The notes: generated from the sequence alone by a model not told the origin. Positions 9,652 through 19,824 are shown, counted from the stretch's first letter. The stretch: DNA of 64,000 bases from Candidatus Eiseniibacteriota bacterium (GCA_963776245.1 CAVZLN010000003.1:640001-704000); one strand, 5' to 3'. A program made the numbers and translations.

Positions 9652-10206
9652 ATGAAGAACCTCCGCTGGGCCCTGCCGATCGCCGCACTCGCCGGACTGC
9701 TGTCGTCGGGATGCGTCCTGACCTCGGCCCAGGTCATGGCGACCTACGATCTGCCGAACCCGCTCACGATCGTGAACACCTCCACGCTCCAGCACGTCGA
9801 TGTCGACCTGAACGAGGTCCAGGACTACCGGGACCACAAGGACAAGCTCAAGGACGTGGTGGATCTCGCGTTCCTCGGAAGGTTCGTCAATCGGGCCGGC
9901 AGCCCGGCGCTCGGTGTGAGCGTGTACATCACGCCGGGGATCACCGACCACCCGGACCAGGCCTCCGTCATCTCCGACCCCGCCGCGGTCCGGGTCTGGG
10001 GGCCGCTCGACCTTCCCGCCGGGACCTCCACCACCGACATCGGGTGGGACCGATCCGCCGCCCTGTTCGGCGCCGGCAAGAGCGCGCTGATCGACGAGAT
10101 CAAGGGCGACGGGCGGTTCTCGCTCTACCTCGTGAGCAGCATGGGGACCCACAGCGTCGAGATCCGCAACGGCGCGCTGGTGCTGGTCCTCGCCGGCGGG
10201 CTGTGA
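9652..10206 (+). CDS. Hypothetical lipoprotein
   Basis: MKNLRWALPIAALAGLLSSGC lipobox; GAGGA RBS; follows the upstream gene closely. Confidence 0.75.
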   Translation: MKNLRWALPIAALAGLLSSGCVLTSAQVMATYDLPNPLTIVNTSTLQHVDVDLNEVQDYRDHKDKLKDVVDLAFLGRFVNRAGSPALGVSVYITPGITDHPDQASVISDPAAVRVWGPLDLPAGTSTTDIGWDRSAALFGAGKSALIDEIKGDGRFSLYLVSSMGTHSVEIRNGALVLVLAGGL

Positions 10207-10221
10207 ACCGGAGCTCCGCGC

Positions 10222-11952
10222 TCAGCCCTTCCAGCCGTTGGTGATGGGCAGCCGCCGGTCCTTGCCGAACGCGCGCGGGGTGATCTTGATGCCGGGCGGG
10301 CTCTGGCGGCGCTTGTACTCCGCCCGATCCACCATCCGCGCCACGCGCCTCACCGTCGCCTCGTCGTGGCCCAGCGCCACGATCTCACGGATGGCGCGGT
10401 CCTCTTCGACGTACGAGCGCAGGATGGCGTCGAGCACGTCGTAGGGCGGAAGCGTGTCCTGGTCGGTCTGCCCGGGCTTGAGTTCGGCCGTGGGCGGGCG
10501 GGTGAGCACGCGCTCGGGGATGACCGGGGCCGGGCCCAGGGAATTGCGGTGTCGCGCAAGCGCGTACACCGTCGTCTTGTACACGTCCTTGAGCACCGCG
10601 AACCCGCCCGCCGTGTCACCGTAGAGCGTGCTGTAGCCCACCGAGGTCTCGCTCTTGTTGCCGGTGGTGAGCACCAGCCAGCCGAACTTGTTGGAGAGCG
10701 CCATCAGATAGTTGCCGCGGATGCGGGCCTGCAGGTTCTCCTCGGTGATGTCGGGCGCCCGGCCGGCGAACGCTGTGGACAGCTCGCGGCCATAGGCCTC
10801 GAGCACGCCGCCGATCGGGATGGTCTGGAAGCGCATCCCGAGCCCCAGCGCCAGCGCCTCCGCATCCTCGCGCGACATGCTCGAGGTGTAGTCCGAAGGC
10901 ATGCTCACCCCCACCACCCCGGCGCCGCCCACCGCGTCGGCGGCGATGCAGGCCGTGAGCGCCGAGTCCACGCCGCCCGAGAGCCCGAGCACCGCGGTGG
11001 TGAACCCGTTCTTCGCCAGGTAGTCGCGGGTGCCGAGCACCAGGCCCTCGTAGACCTCGGCCTCGAGCGACTGGGCCGGCCGGGCGACCCGGGGCGCGAG
11101 TGCGCGCTTCGGCGCCGCGGCGGGCGTCGGCAGGTCGATGCGCGCCGCGCCCTCGCCGGAGCCCAGGGCGCGACCCTTGCGCAGGCGGGAGTCGTGGAGC
11201 CGCGCGTTGAAGACCTCGTCGAGGTCCACGTCGGCGACCACCAGGTCCTCGGCGAAGCGCGCCCCCGTCGCGATCACGCGGCCGCCCGGGTCCACGATCA
11301 GGCTGCAGCCGTCGTAGAGGATCTCGTCCTGGCCGCCCACCAGGTTCACGTAGCACACGATGGCGAGATTGTCGGTGGCGCGCGTGCACAACATGCGCTG
11401 GCGCTGCTCCGCCTTGCCGGCGTGGTAGGGCGAGGCGGAGAGGTTCACCAGCACCTCGGCGCCCCCGCGCATCACCTGGTCCTCGACCGCGCCGCCGGGG
11501 TACCAGATGTCCTCGCAGATGCTCACCCCCAGCACGGTCTCCCCGCGCGCGAACACCGGGTTGTGCGTGCCGGGCATGAAGTAGCGGTTCTCGTCGAACA
11601 CGCCATAGTTGGGCAGGTAGCGCTTGCGGTAGGTGCCCGCCCACGCGCCGTCGTGGAGCACGGCGGCGGCGTTGTACAGGTCGCCATCGCGCTCCACGGT
11701 GCCCACCACGACGGTCATCCCCGCGCTGTGCGGCACCAGCGCGCGCGTGTGCTCGACCGCGCTCTCGATGAAGGACGGCCGCAGCAGCAGGTCCTCGGGC
11801 GGGTAGCCGGTGATCGTCATCTCCGGGAAGGCCAGCACGTCCACGCCCAGATCGCGGGCGCGCTCGATGCCGGCCACGACCCGGCGGAAGTTGCCCGCGA
11901 GATCGCCGACCGTGGGATTCGTCTGGCACAGGCCGAGGCGGAGAGGTCGCAT
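10222..11952 (-). CDS. nadE: Glutamine-dependent NAD+ synthetase
   Basis: Nitrilase domain (FPEM, GYPPEDL, LPNYGVFDE, ICEDIW) plus synthetase motifs LSGGVDS, ENLQARIR, TGNKSE and PTAEL. Confidence 0.97.
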   Translation of the reverse strand: MRPLRLGLCQTNPTVGDLAGNFRRVVAGIERARDLGVDVLAFPEMTITGYPPEDLLLRPSFIESAVEHTRALVPHSAGMTVVVGTVERDGDLYNAAAVLHDGAWAGTYRKRYLPNYGVFDENRYFMPGTHNPVFARGETVLGVSICEDIWYPGGAVEDQVMRGGAEVLVNLSASPYHAGKAEQRQRMLCTRATDNLAIVCYVNLVGGQDEILYDGCSLIVDPGGRVIATGARFAEDLVVADVDLDEVFNARLHDSRLRKGRALGSGEGAARIDLPTPAAAPKRALAPRVARPAQSLEAEVYEGLVLGTRDYLAKNGFTTAVLGLSGGVDSALTACIAADAVGGAGVVGVSMPSDYTSSMSREDAEALALGLGMRFQTIPIGGVLEAYGRELSTAFAGRAPDITEENLQARIRGNYLMALSNKFGWLVLTTGNKSETSVGYSTLYGDTAGGFAVLKDVYKTTVYALARHRNSLGPAPVIPERVLTRPPTAELKPGQTDQDTLPPYDVLDAILRSYVEEDRAIREIVALGHDEATVRRVARMVDRAEYKRRQSPPGIKITPRAFGKDRRLPITNGWKG

Positions 11953-12002
11953 GGGCACGCGATTGTGCGCGTGCGGATGCGGGCGCGCAAGGGTGGCCCC
12001 GT

Positions 12003-12101
12003 GGCGGGCGGAGTGGGCCGGGTCCGGAGGGGTGCGTGTGGGTATTAGCGGCCCGGAGGATCTGGCCCGCTCCGCTCGCCACACGGCCCACTCCGCTCGC
12101 C
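12003..12101. repeat. 17-bp motif in three copies (two direct, one inverted) in the nadE leader
   Basis: GGCCCRCTCCGCTCGCC at 12064-12080 and 12085-12101, with an inverted near-copy at 12003-12019. Confidence 0.7.
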
Positions 12102-12127
12102 GCGCAGGGGGCGGGGCGTGCGCCCAC

Positions 12128-12156
12128 AAACGAAAACGCCCGGCATGGACCGGGCG
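12128..12156 (-). terminator. Intrinsic terminator upstream of nadE
   Basis: CGCCCGG/CCGGGCG stem followed by TTTTCGTTT on the minus strand. Confidence 0.75.
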
Positions 12157-12386
12157 ATCCCGTTTCGGCGGGTCTGCGGCCCCCGCGCTTTCGAGAGAGA
12201 GGATGCGGGCCCCGGCGCTTGATGCCGGAGCCCCACCTTCCGGCCCACCCCGGTACGGGGGTCCCAAGACCCTTGCTTGCGCGTCACCGGAGGGGCTCTC
12301 GATCTGACGCGTCGGATCTCGGTCCGGCGCTGTCAGGAGTGACTGCAAGTCCCGTTCCGCGCGGAACGATGCCCTTTGTCACCCGT
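12128..12386 (-). ncRNA. Candidate ~260-nt structured RNA (sRNA or riboswitch) upstream of nadE
   Basis: Bounded by a promoter-like TGGCTT-17-GACAAT (12420-12392) and a terminator, with many stems and a possible pseudoknot. Confidence 0.5.
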
Positions 12387-12529
12387 AAGACATTGTCCCA
12401 GCGGTCGGGCGCCGAAGCCAGGCAAAAAAACCATCCGTCCGGGTCCATGCGGATGGACGGAAACCACCGGGCTTATCGCCCTGCCCGGGGACGGCCCCCC
12501 CGGGGACCGTTCCGGCCTCGTTCCCGGCG

Positions 12530-13987
12530 TCAGGCGCCCGGGGAGGCCTTCGGCGGGCGTTGCTGGAGCAGGACGAGCACCACCCCGATGGCCGCCAGCA
12601 CCGCCATCACCAGGTAGGCGTCGTGCGTGGCGCGGGTCAGCGCGTCGGCGTTCAGCGCCTCCGGGTGCGCCGCCAGCGCGCCGCCGCCGTGCGCCGCGTA
12701 GCGCGACGCGGCCAGCGCGGCCATCACCGCCGCGCCGCCCGCGAAGCCGAGGTTGCGCATCGTGGCCTGCAGTCCGGATGCCATCCCGAGCAGCTCGGGC
12801 GGCACGAACGAGAGCAACGCGCTCGAGTTGGGCACCATGAAGAGCCCCTGCCCGGTGCCGATGAGCGCCATGCCGCCGAGGATGGCGAGCGCGTGCCGGT
12901 GGAGCGCGACGTGGGAGAGCGTCCAGAACCCCACCGCGGTGAGCGCCATGCCGAAGGCGGAGAGCGGCTTGGTGCCGATTCGGTCGGCATATCGCCCGGC
13001 GAGCGGCGAGAACACCAGCGCGGTCACCGGCATGATGGCGAGCCAGCGGCCGGTGGCCGCGGCGTCCATCCGGAGCACGCCCTCCAGGTAGAGCGGCAAC
13101 TGGAAGCCGACGGTCACTCCCAGCAGGTGCGCGAGCAGGGTGAGGGACACCGCGAGCCCGAGCGGGCCTCGCACCACCCGCCCCGGCAGCAGCGGCTCGG
13201 CCGAGCGATGTTCGGCGAGGGCGAAGAGCGCCAGCAGCAGCGCGGATCCGCCGAACAACCCCCAGACGAGCGGGCTCATCCAGCCCTCGGCCGGCCCGCG
13301 CGAGAGCGCGAGCATGAGCGCCACCAGCGCGCCGCACCACAGCCCCGCGGCAGCGAGGTCGAGCTTCGCTCCCGGGCGCGCGGGCGGGTCCACCGGCACC
13401 CGCGTCCGCAACAGCCAGTAGGCCAGCAGGCCGAGCGGCAGGTTGATGAGGAACAGCCAGCGCCACGACCAGTGCCCGACGATCAGCCCCCCGAGCGGCG
13501 TCCCCACGGCGAGCCCGACGCCCACCACCGCGCCGAACGCCCCGAGCGCCTTGCCCCGCTCCTCGGCCGGGAAGGACGACACCAGCAGCGCCGCGCTGTT
13601 GGCCGACATCATGGCCGCGCCCAGGCCCTGCAGCGCGCGCGCCGCCACCAGCCATCCCGCGCTCTGGGCCGCTCCGCACAGCGCGGATGCGGTGACGAAC
13701 AGCAGCAGCCCCCAGCCGTAGACCCGCCGCCGCCCGATCTGGTCGGCGAGCCGGCCGAGGGTGAGCAGCAGCCCGGTGATGGTGAGCACGTACGCGAGCA
13801 CCACCCACTCGATGGTGGTGAGCGGCACGCCGAACGCCCGGGACAGCGTGGGCAGCGCGATGTTCACCACGCTGACGTCGAGCGTGGCCATCGCCACGCC
13901 GAGCGCGAGCGGCGGGAACGTGCGCCAGCGCGGCAGGGCCGCTCCGCCGACGGATGCGGGTTCGGCGTCCTCGGAGCCCGGACTCAC
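12530..13987 (-). CDS. MFS drug:H+ antiporter (DHA2/EmrB-QacA type)
   Basis: LDVSVVNIALPTL, GRLADQIGRRR, RALQGLG and WRWLFLINLPLG. The GTG start overlaps the upstream stop (GTGA). Confidence 0.92.
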   Translation of the reverse strand: MSPGSEDAEPASVGGAALPRWRTFPPLALGVAMATLDVSVVNIALPTLSRAFGVPLTTIEWVVLAYVLTITGLLLTLGRLADQIGRRRVYGWGLLLFVTASALCGAAQSAGWLVAARALQGLGAAMMSANSAALLVSSFPAEERGKALGAFGAVVGVGLAVGTPLGGLIVGHWSWRWLFLINLPLGLLAYWLLRTRVPVDPPARPGAKLDLAAAGLWCGALVALMLALSRGPAEGWMSPLVWGLFGGSALLLALFALAEHRSAEPLLPGRVVRGPLGLAVSLTLLAHLLGVTVGFQLPLYLEGVLRMDAAATGRWLAIMPVTALVFSPLAGRYADRIGTKPLSAFGMALTAVGFWTLSHVALHRHALAILGGMALIGTGQGLFMVPNSSALLSFVPPELLGMASGLQATMRNLGFAGGAAVMAALAASRYAAHGGGALAAHPEALNADALTRATHDAYLVMAVLAAIGVVLVLLQQRPPKASPGA

Positions 13988-15282
13988 TTCGTCCGTGCCC
14001 ACTTGAGGATCTCGGGCAGGTTCGGGGTCTTGCCGTACATGAGGAGCCCGATCCGGAAGATCCGCGCCGCGGCGGTGAGCACCAGCCACGCCGAGCCGGC
14101 CAGCAGTGCGATCGAGAGCGCGAGCTGCCACGGCGGCACGGCGCTGTCGGGTATGGCGAGGCGCATCACCGTGGTCGAGGCGGCGGTGAACGGGATGAGC
14201 GAGAGCACCAGCGCCACCGGGCCATCCGGGTGCGAGATGATCTGCATCATCACGATGAACGGGGCGAAATTGGCGAAGGTGAACGCCCACGCCACCTGCT
14301 GCGCCTCGCGCATGTTGCTCGTCATGGCGCCGATCGCCGTCATCAGGCTCGCGTAGAACAGGTAGCCCAGCAGGAAGTAGATCAGCATCAGCGCCAGCAG
14401 CGACGGCGGGAAGTGCACCTGCGCCAGCGCCGCCGCGGGCGCGGAGAACACGAACCCGCTGCCGGCCCACGCCGCCACCAGCGTGAGGCCGACGCTGCCG
14501 AGCCCGAGCATCTTGCCGACCAGCAGGTCCTCGGCGGTCACCGTGCAGATGAGCGACTCGAGGATGCGGGACTCCTTCTCCTCGCTCACGCCCTGGAGCA
14601 GGTACTGCCCCCCGGTCACGATCGAGACGCTCATGAGCATGCCGAACAACAGCGGCAGCAGCAGGCCCATCAGCTCGCGGCGGTCGTCCTTGACCGTGAA
14701 CGCGCCATTCTTGCCGAGCTCGTAGGTCACCAGTCCGCGCGATGGACGCGAGACGCGCTCGATCCGGGCGGAATCCACCCGGCCGGCCAGCAGGCCGCGC
14801 ACCAGCCATTGGGTGACGGGGCGCTCGCCCGCGCTGCTGAATCCGCCGCCGCCGCGTGCGTAGCGCCGCAACGCCCCGGTCGTGAGGTAGTCCGGCGGCA
14901 CCACCAGCACCTGGTCCACCGCGCGGTCGCGCAGCGCGGTCTCGGCCTGGGCCTGCGAGTCGAACCGGCGCACCGCCGCGGTGAAGACCTGCGGAGCGGC
15001 CTTGACCGGCTTGGTGTCGAACGGATTGAGCTCGGCGGAGAACACGGTGCGGATCTCGCGCGAGGCTTCCGCGAACATCCCGGAGGAATCCACCACGCCG
15101 AGCGTGTGCAGCTCCCGGATGGACTTCACCGCATCGTCGATCTGGGGCTTCACCGACATCCACATCACGAACGCGAAGTAGGCCGGCATGCCGATGAGCG
15201 TGATGAGGAACGCCTTCTTGCGCACCGAGGTCAGGTACTCGCGCCGCGCGATGATCAAGGCGCGTCTCCAGGAGAACCTCAT
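13984..15282 (-). CDS. ABC-2 type exporter permease (NatB/YhaP-like)
   Basis: IARREYL, VSEEKESRILE and GKMLG; one N-terminal and several C-terminal TM helices. Confidence 0.92.
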   Translation of the reverse strand: MRFSWRRALIIARREYLTSVRKKAFLITLIGMPAYFAFVMWMSVKPQIDDAVKSIRELHTLGVVDSSGMFAEASREIRTVFSAELNPFDTKPVKAAPQVFTAAVRRFDSQAQAETALRDRAVDQVLVVPPDYLTTGALRRYARGGGGFSSAGERPVTQWLVRGLLAGRVDSARIERVSRPSRGLVTYELGKNGAFTVKDDRRELMGLLLPLLFGMLMSVSIVTGGQYLLQGVSEEKESRILESLICTVTAEDLLVGKMLGLGSVGLTLVAAWAGSGFVFSAPAAALAQVHFPPSLLALMLIYFLLGYLFYASLMTAIGAMTSNMREAQQVAWAFTFANFAPFIVMMQIISHPDGPVALVLSLIPFTAASTTVMRLAIPDSAVPPWQLALSIALLAGSAWLVLTAAARIFRIGLLMYGKTPNLPEILKWARTK

Positions 15283-16232
15283 CGTGCACCTCCCGCCACG
15301 GGGGCTTCATCCAGGGTGGGCGGGCCGCTCTGGCCGTGGTCGAGGCCGAGACCCTCGCGCACCACCTTCACGAAGATGTCCTCGAGCGGCAGGGTCGCGT
15401 GCTCGAACGACTCGATCTCGACCCCGGCGTCGAGCAGCGCGCGCAGCACGCCGCCCGGGGTGGCGTCCGCGTCGAGCACCAGCTTGTGGGCGCCGTTGAA
15501 GGGCTCCACCACCCGCACCCCCGCGACCCGCGGCGGCGGCGAGGCGGCGCGCACCACCACGGCGTGATCGGCGTAGGTCCGGCGCAGCTCCCGCACCGGG
15601 CCGTAGAGCACCATGTGGCCGCGATTGATCATGAGCGCGCGGTCGCACTGCTGCTCGACCTTGTTCATCTGGTGGGTCGAGAGCAGCACGGTGGTGCCGG
15701 CGGCGCGGCGCTCGGCGAGCACGTCCTCGAACAACTGGACGTTGAGCGGGTCGAGTCCGCTGAACGGCTCGTCGAGGATCAGCAGCCGCGGTTCGCCGAT
15801 GAGCGCGGTGCACAGCTGCACCTTCTGCTGCATGCCCTTCGACAGCGACTGGACCTGCTTGTCCGCCCATTCCTTCAGTTCGACGCGCTCGAGCAGGCGG
15901 CTCGCCGCGGTCGCCGCATCCCCGCGGCTCATGCCTTTGAGCTCGCCGTAGTAAGCGAGGGCCTCGATCACCTTCACCTTCCGATAGAGCCCGCGCTCCT
16001 CGGGCAGGTACGCGATGCGCTCGCGCGGACCGGTGGACACCGAGTGCCCGTCGAGCATGATGGTGCCGGAATCGGGCCGCAGGATGTCGGTGATCATCCG
16101 GATGAGCGTGGTCTTGCCGGCGCCGTTGGGGCCCAGCAGCGCGAAGATCTCCCCGGGATTCACGTCGAAGGAGACGCGGTTCACCACCGCGCGGCCGTCG
16201 TAGGACTTCGTGACGTCGCGGATCTCGAGCAT
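15279..16232 (-). CDS. ABC exporter ATP-binding protein (NatA/YhaQ-like)
   Basis: GPNGAGKT, YLPEERGLY, LSKGMQQK, ILDEPFSGLDP and STH. Confidence 0.95.
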   Translation of the reverse strand: MLEIRDVTKSYDGRAVVNRVSFDVNPGEIFALLGPNGAGKTTLIRMITDILRPDSGTIMLDGHSVSTGPRERIAYLPEERGLYRKVKVIEALAYYGELKGMSRGDAATAASRLLERVELKEWADKQVQSLSKGMQQKVQLCTALIGEPRLLILDEPFSGLDPLNVQLFEDVLAERRAAGTTVLLSTHQMNKVEQQCDRALMINRGHMVLYGPVRELRRTYADHAVVVRAASPPPRVAGVRVVEPFNGAHKLVLDADATPGGVLRALLDAGVEIESFEHATLPLEDIFVKVVREGLGLDHGQSGPPTLDEAPVAGGAR

Positions 16233-16491
16233 GTGCTCCTCGGGGATCGTGGAAGGGTGTCCGTGCGGCCGGATGGCTGCGGTGCGGAGCACGCAGCCTA
16301 GAAGAACGCTCTCGGCCGCTCAAGGCGTTCGGGACCGAGCGCGAGCGACCGGTCCGCCAGGCGCAGCCGCCGCGCGGCACCCCGGCGCACGGCTGGCCGC
16401 CCGGCCGCCGGGGGTGGGCAGAAACCGGACGAGGGGGCGGCAGGATGCACGCTCGAAGGCCTCCGGGCGCGCGGAATCCAGCGTGCGCGGA

Positions 16492-16507
16492 TGGCCCCGA
16501 TATTGCA
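16492..16507 (+). promoter_or_regulatory. sigma54-type -24/-12 promoter
   Basis: TGGCCCCGATATTGCA (GG-N10-GC), 80 nt before the ATG. Confidence 0.55.
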
Positions 16508-16586
16508 GGATACCCACGTGGATCAGAGCGCCTCGCACCGCCCGCCCGGGCGGCGCGCGCGCCGTTCTCCGGAGGATGCCCTCGCG

Positions 16587-17846
16587 ATGGACACGCTCAC
16601 CCGTCGTATCGCCGCCGTCGGCCTGATGGCCGCGCTCGCCGTGGGTCTCGCGCTGGCCGCGGGCTGCAGCAAGGAGTCCCTGTTCGCGCCCGTCGCGCCA
16701 CCTCCGCTCTCGGCCGTGATCGTGCTCCCCCATGACACCACGCTCCTGGTCGGGCAGTCGCATGCGTTCAGCGCGACCGCGCTCGACACCCACGGGGTCG
16801 CCGTGCCCGGCGTGGCCTTCCTGTGGGCGAGCACCGACCCCGCGGTGTTCACGGTGAGCAACACCGGCGTGGTGACCGCGAGCGGCGTGGGCCTCGCCCG
16901 ACTGCTGGTGCGCGCGGGCGGGAAGTCCGACACCGCGACCGTGGCCGTCCTGCCCACGACGCGCGGCTGGGTCCAGCAGGCGAGCGGGGCGTCGACCAGC
17001 CTCAATGGCGTGTTCTTCCGGCCCGATGGCCGCCACGGCTGGGCGGTGGGGGCCGGGGGCACCATCCGGGCGACCCAGGACGGTGGCGTGAACTGGGGGG
17101 TTCAGGTGGGGATGCCCGTGGTGCTCCGCGCGGTCTGGTTCACCAGCGACACCGAAGGCTGGGTGGTGGGGGAAAATGGCACCTTGCTGCACACCACCGA
17201 CGGCGGCGTCAACTGGGTGCCCGGCGTGATCGCGGCCGGCGCGCATCTGAACGACGTGTGCTTCGCCACTCCCGACACCGGCTGGGCGGTCGGCGGCAGC
17301 GGCGCCATCGTCCGCACGTTCGACCACGGCGTCACCTGGACCCAGACGAATCCCACCACCGCCAACCTGCGGGGCGTGTCGTTCGCGGACACGCGATACG
17401 GCTGGGCGGTGGGTGACAACGGCGTGATCGTGGGAACCAGCGACCGCGGGGTGAACTGGAGCGTGGTCACTCCGGCGGTCACCACGCAGAACCTGCGCTC
17501 GGTCTGGCGGACCAGCGCCCAGCGCGCGAACGCGGTCGGCGCCGCAGGGGCGGCGCCGCGCAGCGCCAACGATGGATTCGGCAATCCGGTGTGGACCCTC
17601 GTCAATCCCGGCGCGGCCTACGCGCTCGAGGGCGTGTGCTTCGCGGACAGCGTGCGGGGATGGGCGGTGGGGCTCAACGGCATCGGCTTCGTGCTCCGCA
17701 CCGTGGACGGCGGGCTCCACTGGACGCCGCAATCGATCACCGCGGGCAACCGCCTCAACGACGTGTTCTTCGCCGACTCCTCGCGCGGATGGGCCGTCGG
17801 CGAGAACGGCCAGATCTTCAGCACCACCTCGGGCGGGCGGCCGTAG
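16587..17846 (+). CDS. Lipoprotein with an Ig-like (Big_2) domain and YCF48/BNR beta-propeller repeats
   Basis: LAAGC lipobox, WASTDPAVFTVSNTGVVTA, and repeated GWAVG...T.DGG.NW. Confidence 0.88.
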   Translation: MDTLTRRIAAVGLMAALAVGLALAAGCSKESLFAPVAPPPLSAVIVLPHDTTLLVGQSHAFSATALDTHGVAVPGVAFLWASTDPAVFTVSNTGVVTASGVGLARLLVRAGGKSDTATVAVLPTTRGWVQQASGASTSLNGVFFRPDGRHGWAVGAGGTIRATQDGGVNWGVQVGMPVVLRAVWFTSDTEGWVVGENGTLLHTTDGGVNWVPGVIAAGAHLNDVCFATPDTGWAVGGSGAIVRTFDHGVTWTQTNPTTANLRGVSFADTRYGWAVGDNGVIVGTSDRGVNWSVVTPAVTTQNLRSVWRTSAQRANAVGAAGAAPRSANDGFGNPVWTLVNPGAAYALEGVCFADSVRGWAVGLNGIGFVLRTVDGGLHWTPQSITAGNRLNDVFFADSSRGWAVGENGQIFSTTSGGRP

Positions 17847-17943
17847 GCACGCGGCCGCGGCGGGCTCGGTCCGCGCGGCCCGTGCTACAGTGACGCGCGC
17901 CGTCGGGAACCCCGGCGGCGCGCGTTCGCATCGGGGGGCACCG

Positions 17944-18468
17944 GTGGCGCAAGAGCGACTCATCGTCGTCGACGGCTACAACCTCATCCTGCGCACGCCG
18001 CAACTGCGGCCCGAAGCGGGACGGTCGATGCACGACGCGCGCAAGAAGCTGCTCAACCTGCTCGCGTGGACGGTCGGCGGCCGCGAGGCGCGTTTCATCG
18101 TGGTGTTCGACGGAACCGGAAGCGGGAGCGGCGGGGGCGGCGGGGGCGGCGGCGGCCGCGTCGCGGTGCGCTTCTCGCGCCCGCCCGAGACCGCGGATGA
18201 CGTCATCCGTCGCGTCGTCGAGGAAGAGATCGGGCGGGTCGAACACCTGACCGTGGTGACCGCCGACCTCGAAGTGGCGCGTCACGCGCGCGCGATGGGC
18301 GCGGACATCGCGCTCTCCGACCTGTTCCTCGCCAGCGCGCTCGGGCCGCGCGCGGAGGGCGATCCCGAGAAGCCGGCAGCGCTCTCCAAGAAGGAACTCG
18401 AGGAGTGGGTCACCCTCTTCCGCGACCGCCGCCCCGGCGACCCGGGCTCCGAGGAGCCCGGGGACTGA
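17944..18468 (+). CDS. NYN (YacP-like PIN) domain ribonuclease
   Basis: IVVDGYNLI, VVFDG, ETADDVI and VVTADL. Confidence 0.88.
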   Translation: MAQERLIVVDGYNLILRTPQLRPEAGRSMHDARKKLLNLLAWTVGGREARFIVVFDGTGSGSGGGGGGGGGRVAVRFSRPPETADDVIRRVVEEEIGRVEHLTVVTADLEVARHARAMGADIALSDLFLASALGPRAEGDPEKPAALSKKELEEWVTLFRDRRPGDPGSEEPGD

Positions 18469-18550
18469 GGGCGCCGCGCGCGATCGGCGCGCATGCGAAC
18501 GGGCGGTCCGCCATCCGGCAGGCCGCCCGTCGTGTCACGCGCCCGGGACG

Positions 18551-19522
18551 CTACGGCATGTACTCCGGGAGCTCGGTCGGGCGCACGTGGTACGGGAGCA
18601 CCCAGGCCTGCGAATCGTACGGCGCGAGATCGTCGAACAGCGTTCCGTGCGAGAGGGCGTTGACCCCCACGTGGCCGACGCCCCGCATCAGCGGCGCCTT
18701 CCACCGGCCGGTGTACGTGCGGTCGCCGTTGTTCGCGAAGCGGAACCGGAGCCCGCGCCACAACAGGACCACGACGTCGTCCGTGGCCCGCGTGGTCGCG
18801 GTGAGGGTGACCTCGTCGGTGGCCTGGAGCGCGAGGACCGCGCGCAACCTGAACAACGCGAGCGGATCCGTGATGGTGGTGTCGAGGCCCGTCGACTGCA
18901 CCCGCACGCTCACGATCCGGGTCGTGCCGTAGGCCGGAGACACCTTGCTCGAGCCCGGATCGAACGAGGTGATCTTCGCGCCCGAGGTCGCCGCGACCCG
19001 CCACGCGGTCTGGCCCGAGCTCCCCAGCGGGACCCGCTTGAGCAGCAGGTGGCGCACGCTGTGGTCGGCGAGCGGCTTGCGCGCCACCGCCACCGAATCG
19101 GAGTCCGCCACCGCGGCCGGATCGAGGCCCAGGGAGTGGAGGACGTTGAACGATCCCGACATGAACTTGTGCGCGGTCACGAACGCCGTGGTCGGGCGCC
19201 CGGTCGAGTCGCTGTCCGCGAACGCGAACTCGAACCGGCGGTCGACATCGGTGATGACGCGCCAGAAGCGCAACGGGCGGATCGCCGCGAGCGCACCGGG
19301 CGCGCCGCCGCCGAGCGTGATCTGGGCCGGATCCTCGAACACCGCGTCCTCGACCAATTCGGGGGTGGCCGCGAGCGTCGCGGTGACCGCCGCCACTTCC
19401 ATACTGGTGCCGGTCGCGCCTCGGGACGGCGCGGGAGCGGTGAGCGAGGACCGCGTGCCGCAGCCGGACAGCGTGCCGGCCGCGAGCAGCAGTGCGACGC
19501 CGAGGGTGAGCGGCGTTCTCAT
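18551..19522 (-). CDS. Hypothetical lipoprotein
   Basis: MRTPLTLGVALLLAAGTLSGC lipobox; AAGGAGG RBS. Confidence 0.75.
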   Translation of the reverse strand: MRTPLTLGVALLLAAGTLSGCGTRSSLTAPAPSRGATGTSMEVAAVTATLAATPELVEDAVFEDPAQITLGGGAPGALAAIRPLRFWRVITDVDRRFEFAFADSDSTGRPTTAFVTAHKFMSGSFNVLHSLGLDPAAVADSDSVAVARKPLADHSVRHLLLKRVPLGSSGQTAWRVAATSGAKITSFDPGSSKVSPAYGTTRIVSVRVQSTGLDTTITDPLALFRLRAVLALQATDEVTLTATTRATDDVVVLLWRGLRFRFANNGDRTYTGRWKAPLMRGVGHVGVNALSHGTLFDDLAPYDSQAWVLPYHVRPTELPEYMP

Positions 19523-19606
19523 GGGCTTCCTCCTTGCGCCCGGGCGCGCGAGCGGGCCGCGGGCAGGTGAGACACGGGACCAGGACGACCCTTCGCCATC
19601 CGCCAT

Positions 19607-19622
19607 CGCACCGCCCGTGCCA
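19607..19622 (-). promoter_or_regulatory. sigma54-type promoter
   Basis: TGGCACGGGCGGTGCG on the minus strand. Confidence 0.55.
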
Positions 19623-19824
19623 CGGGCGCAGCCGCGCCAATCCCTTGCGCCCCAATGACGGCACTCGAGGGCCGGGGTGACCCGGTGTACGCCCCGGTGC
19701 ACCTGAAGCGCCGCGGGGCGCACGATGGCGGTCAGGTGGGCCCGTCGACGCCGTGCCGGGCGGGAACGCAACGGGGCGCGCCCCCCTCGGGAGCGCGCCC
19801 CGCGATGATGCCTGCCGCGATCCG

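Noticed and set aside
12330..12385. c-di-GMP-I (GEMM) riboswitch resemblance (AAAGGGCA...GGGAC)
   Set aside because: It lacks the GNRA loop, GCAAA and the P2 consensus. Kept only as an unassigned RNA.
18115..18155. GGC-rich run encoding poly-Gly in the NYN gene
   Set aside because: An in-frame low-complexity loop with no sign of phase variation.
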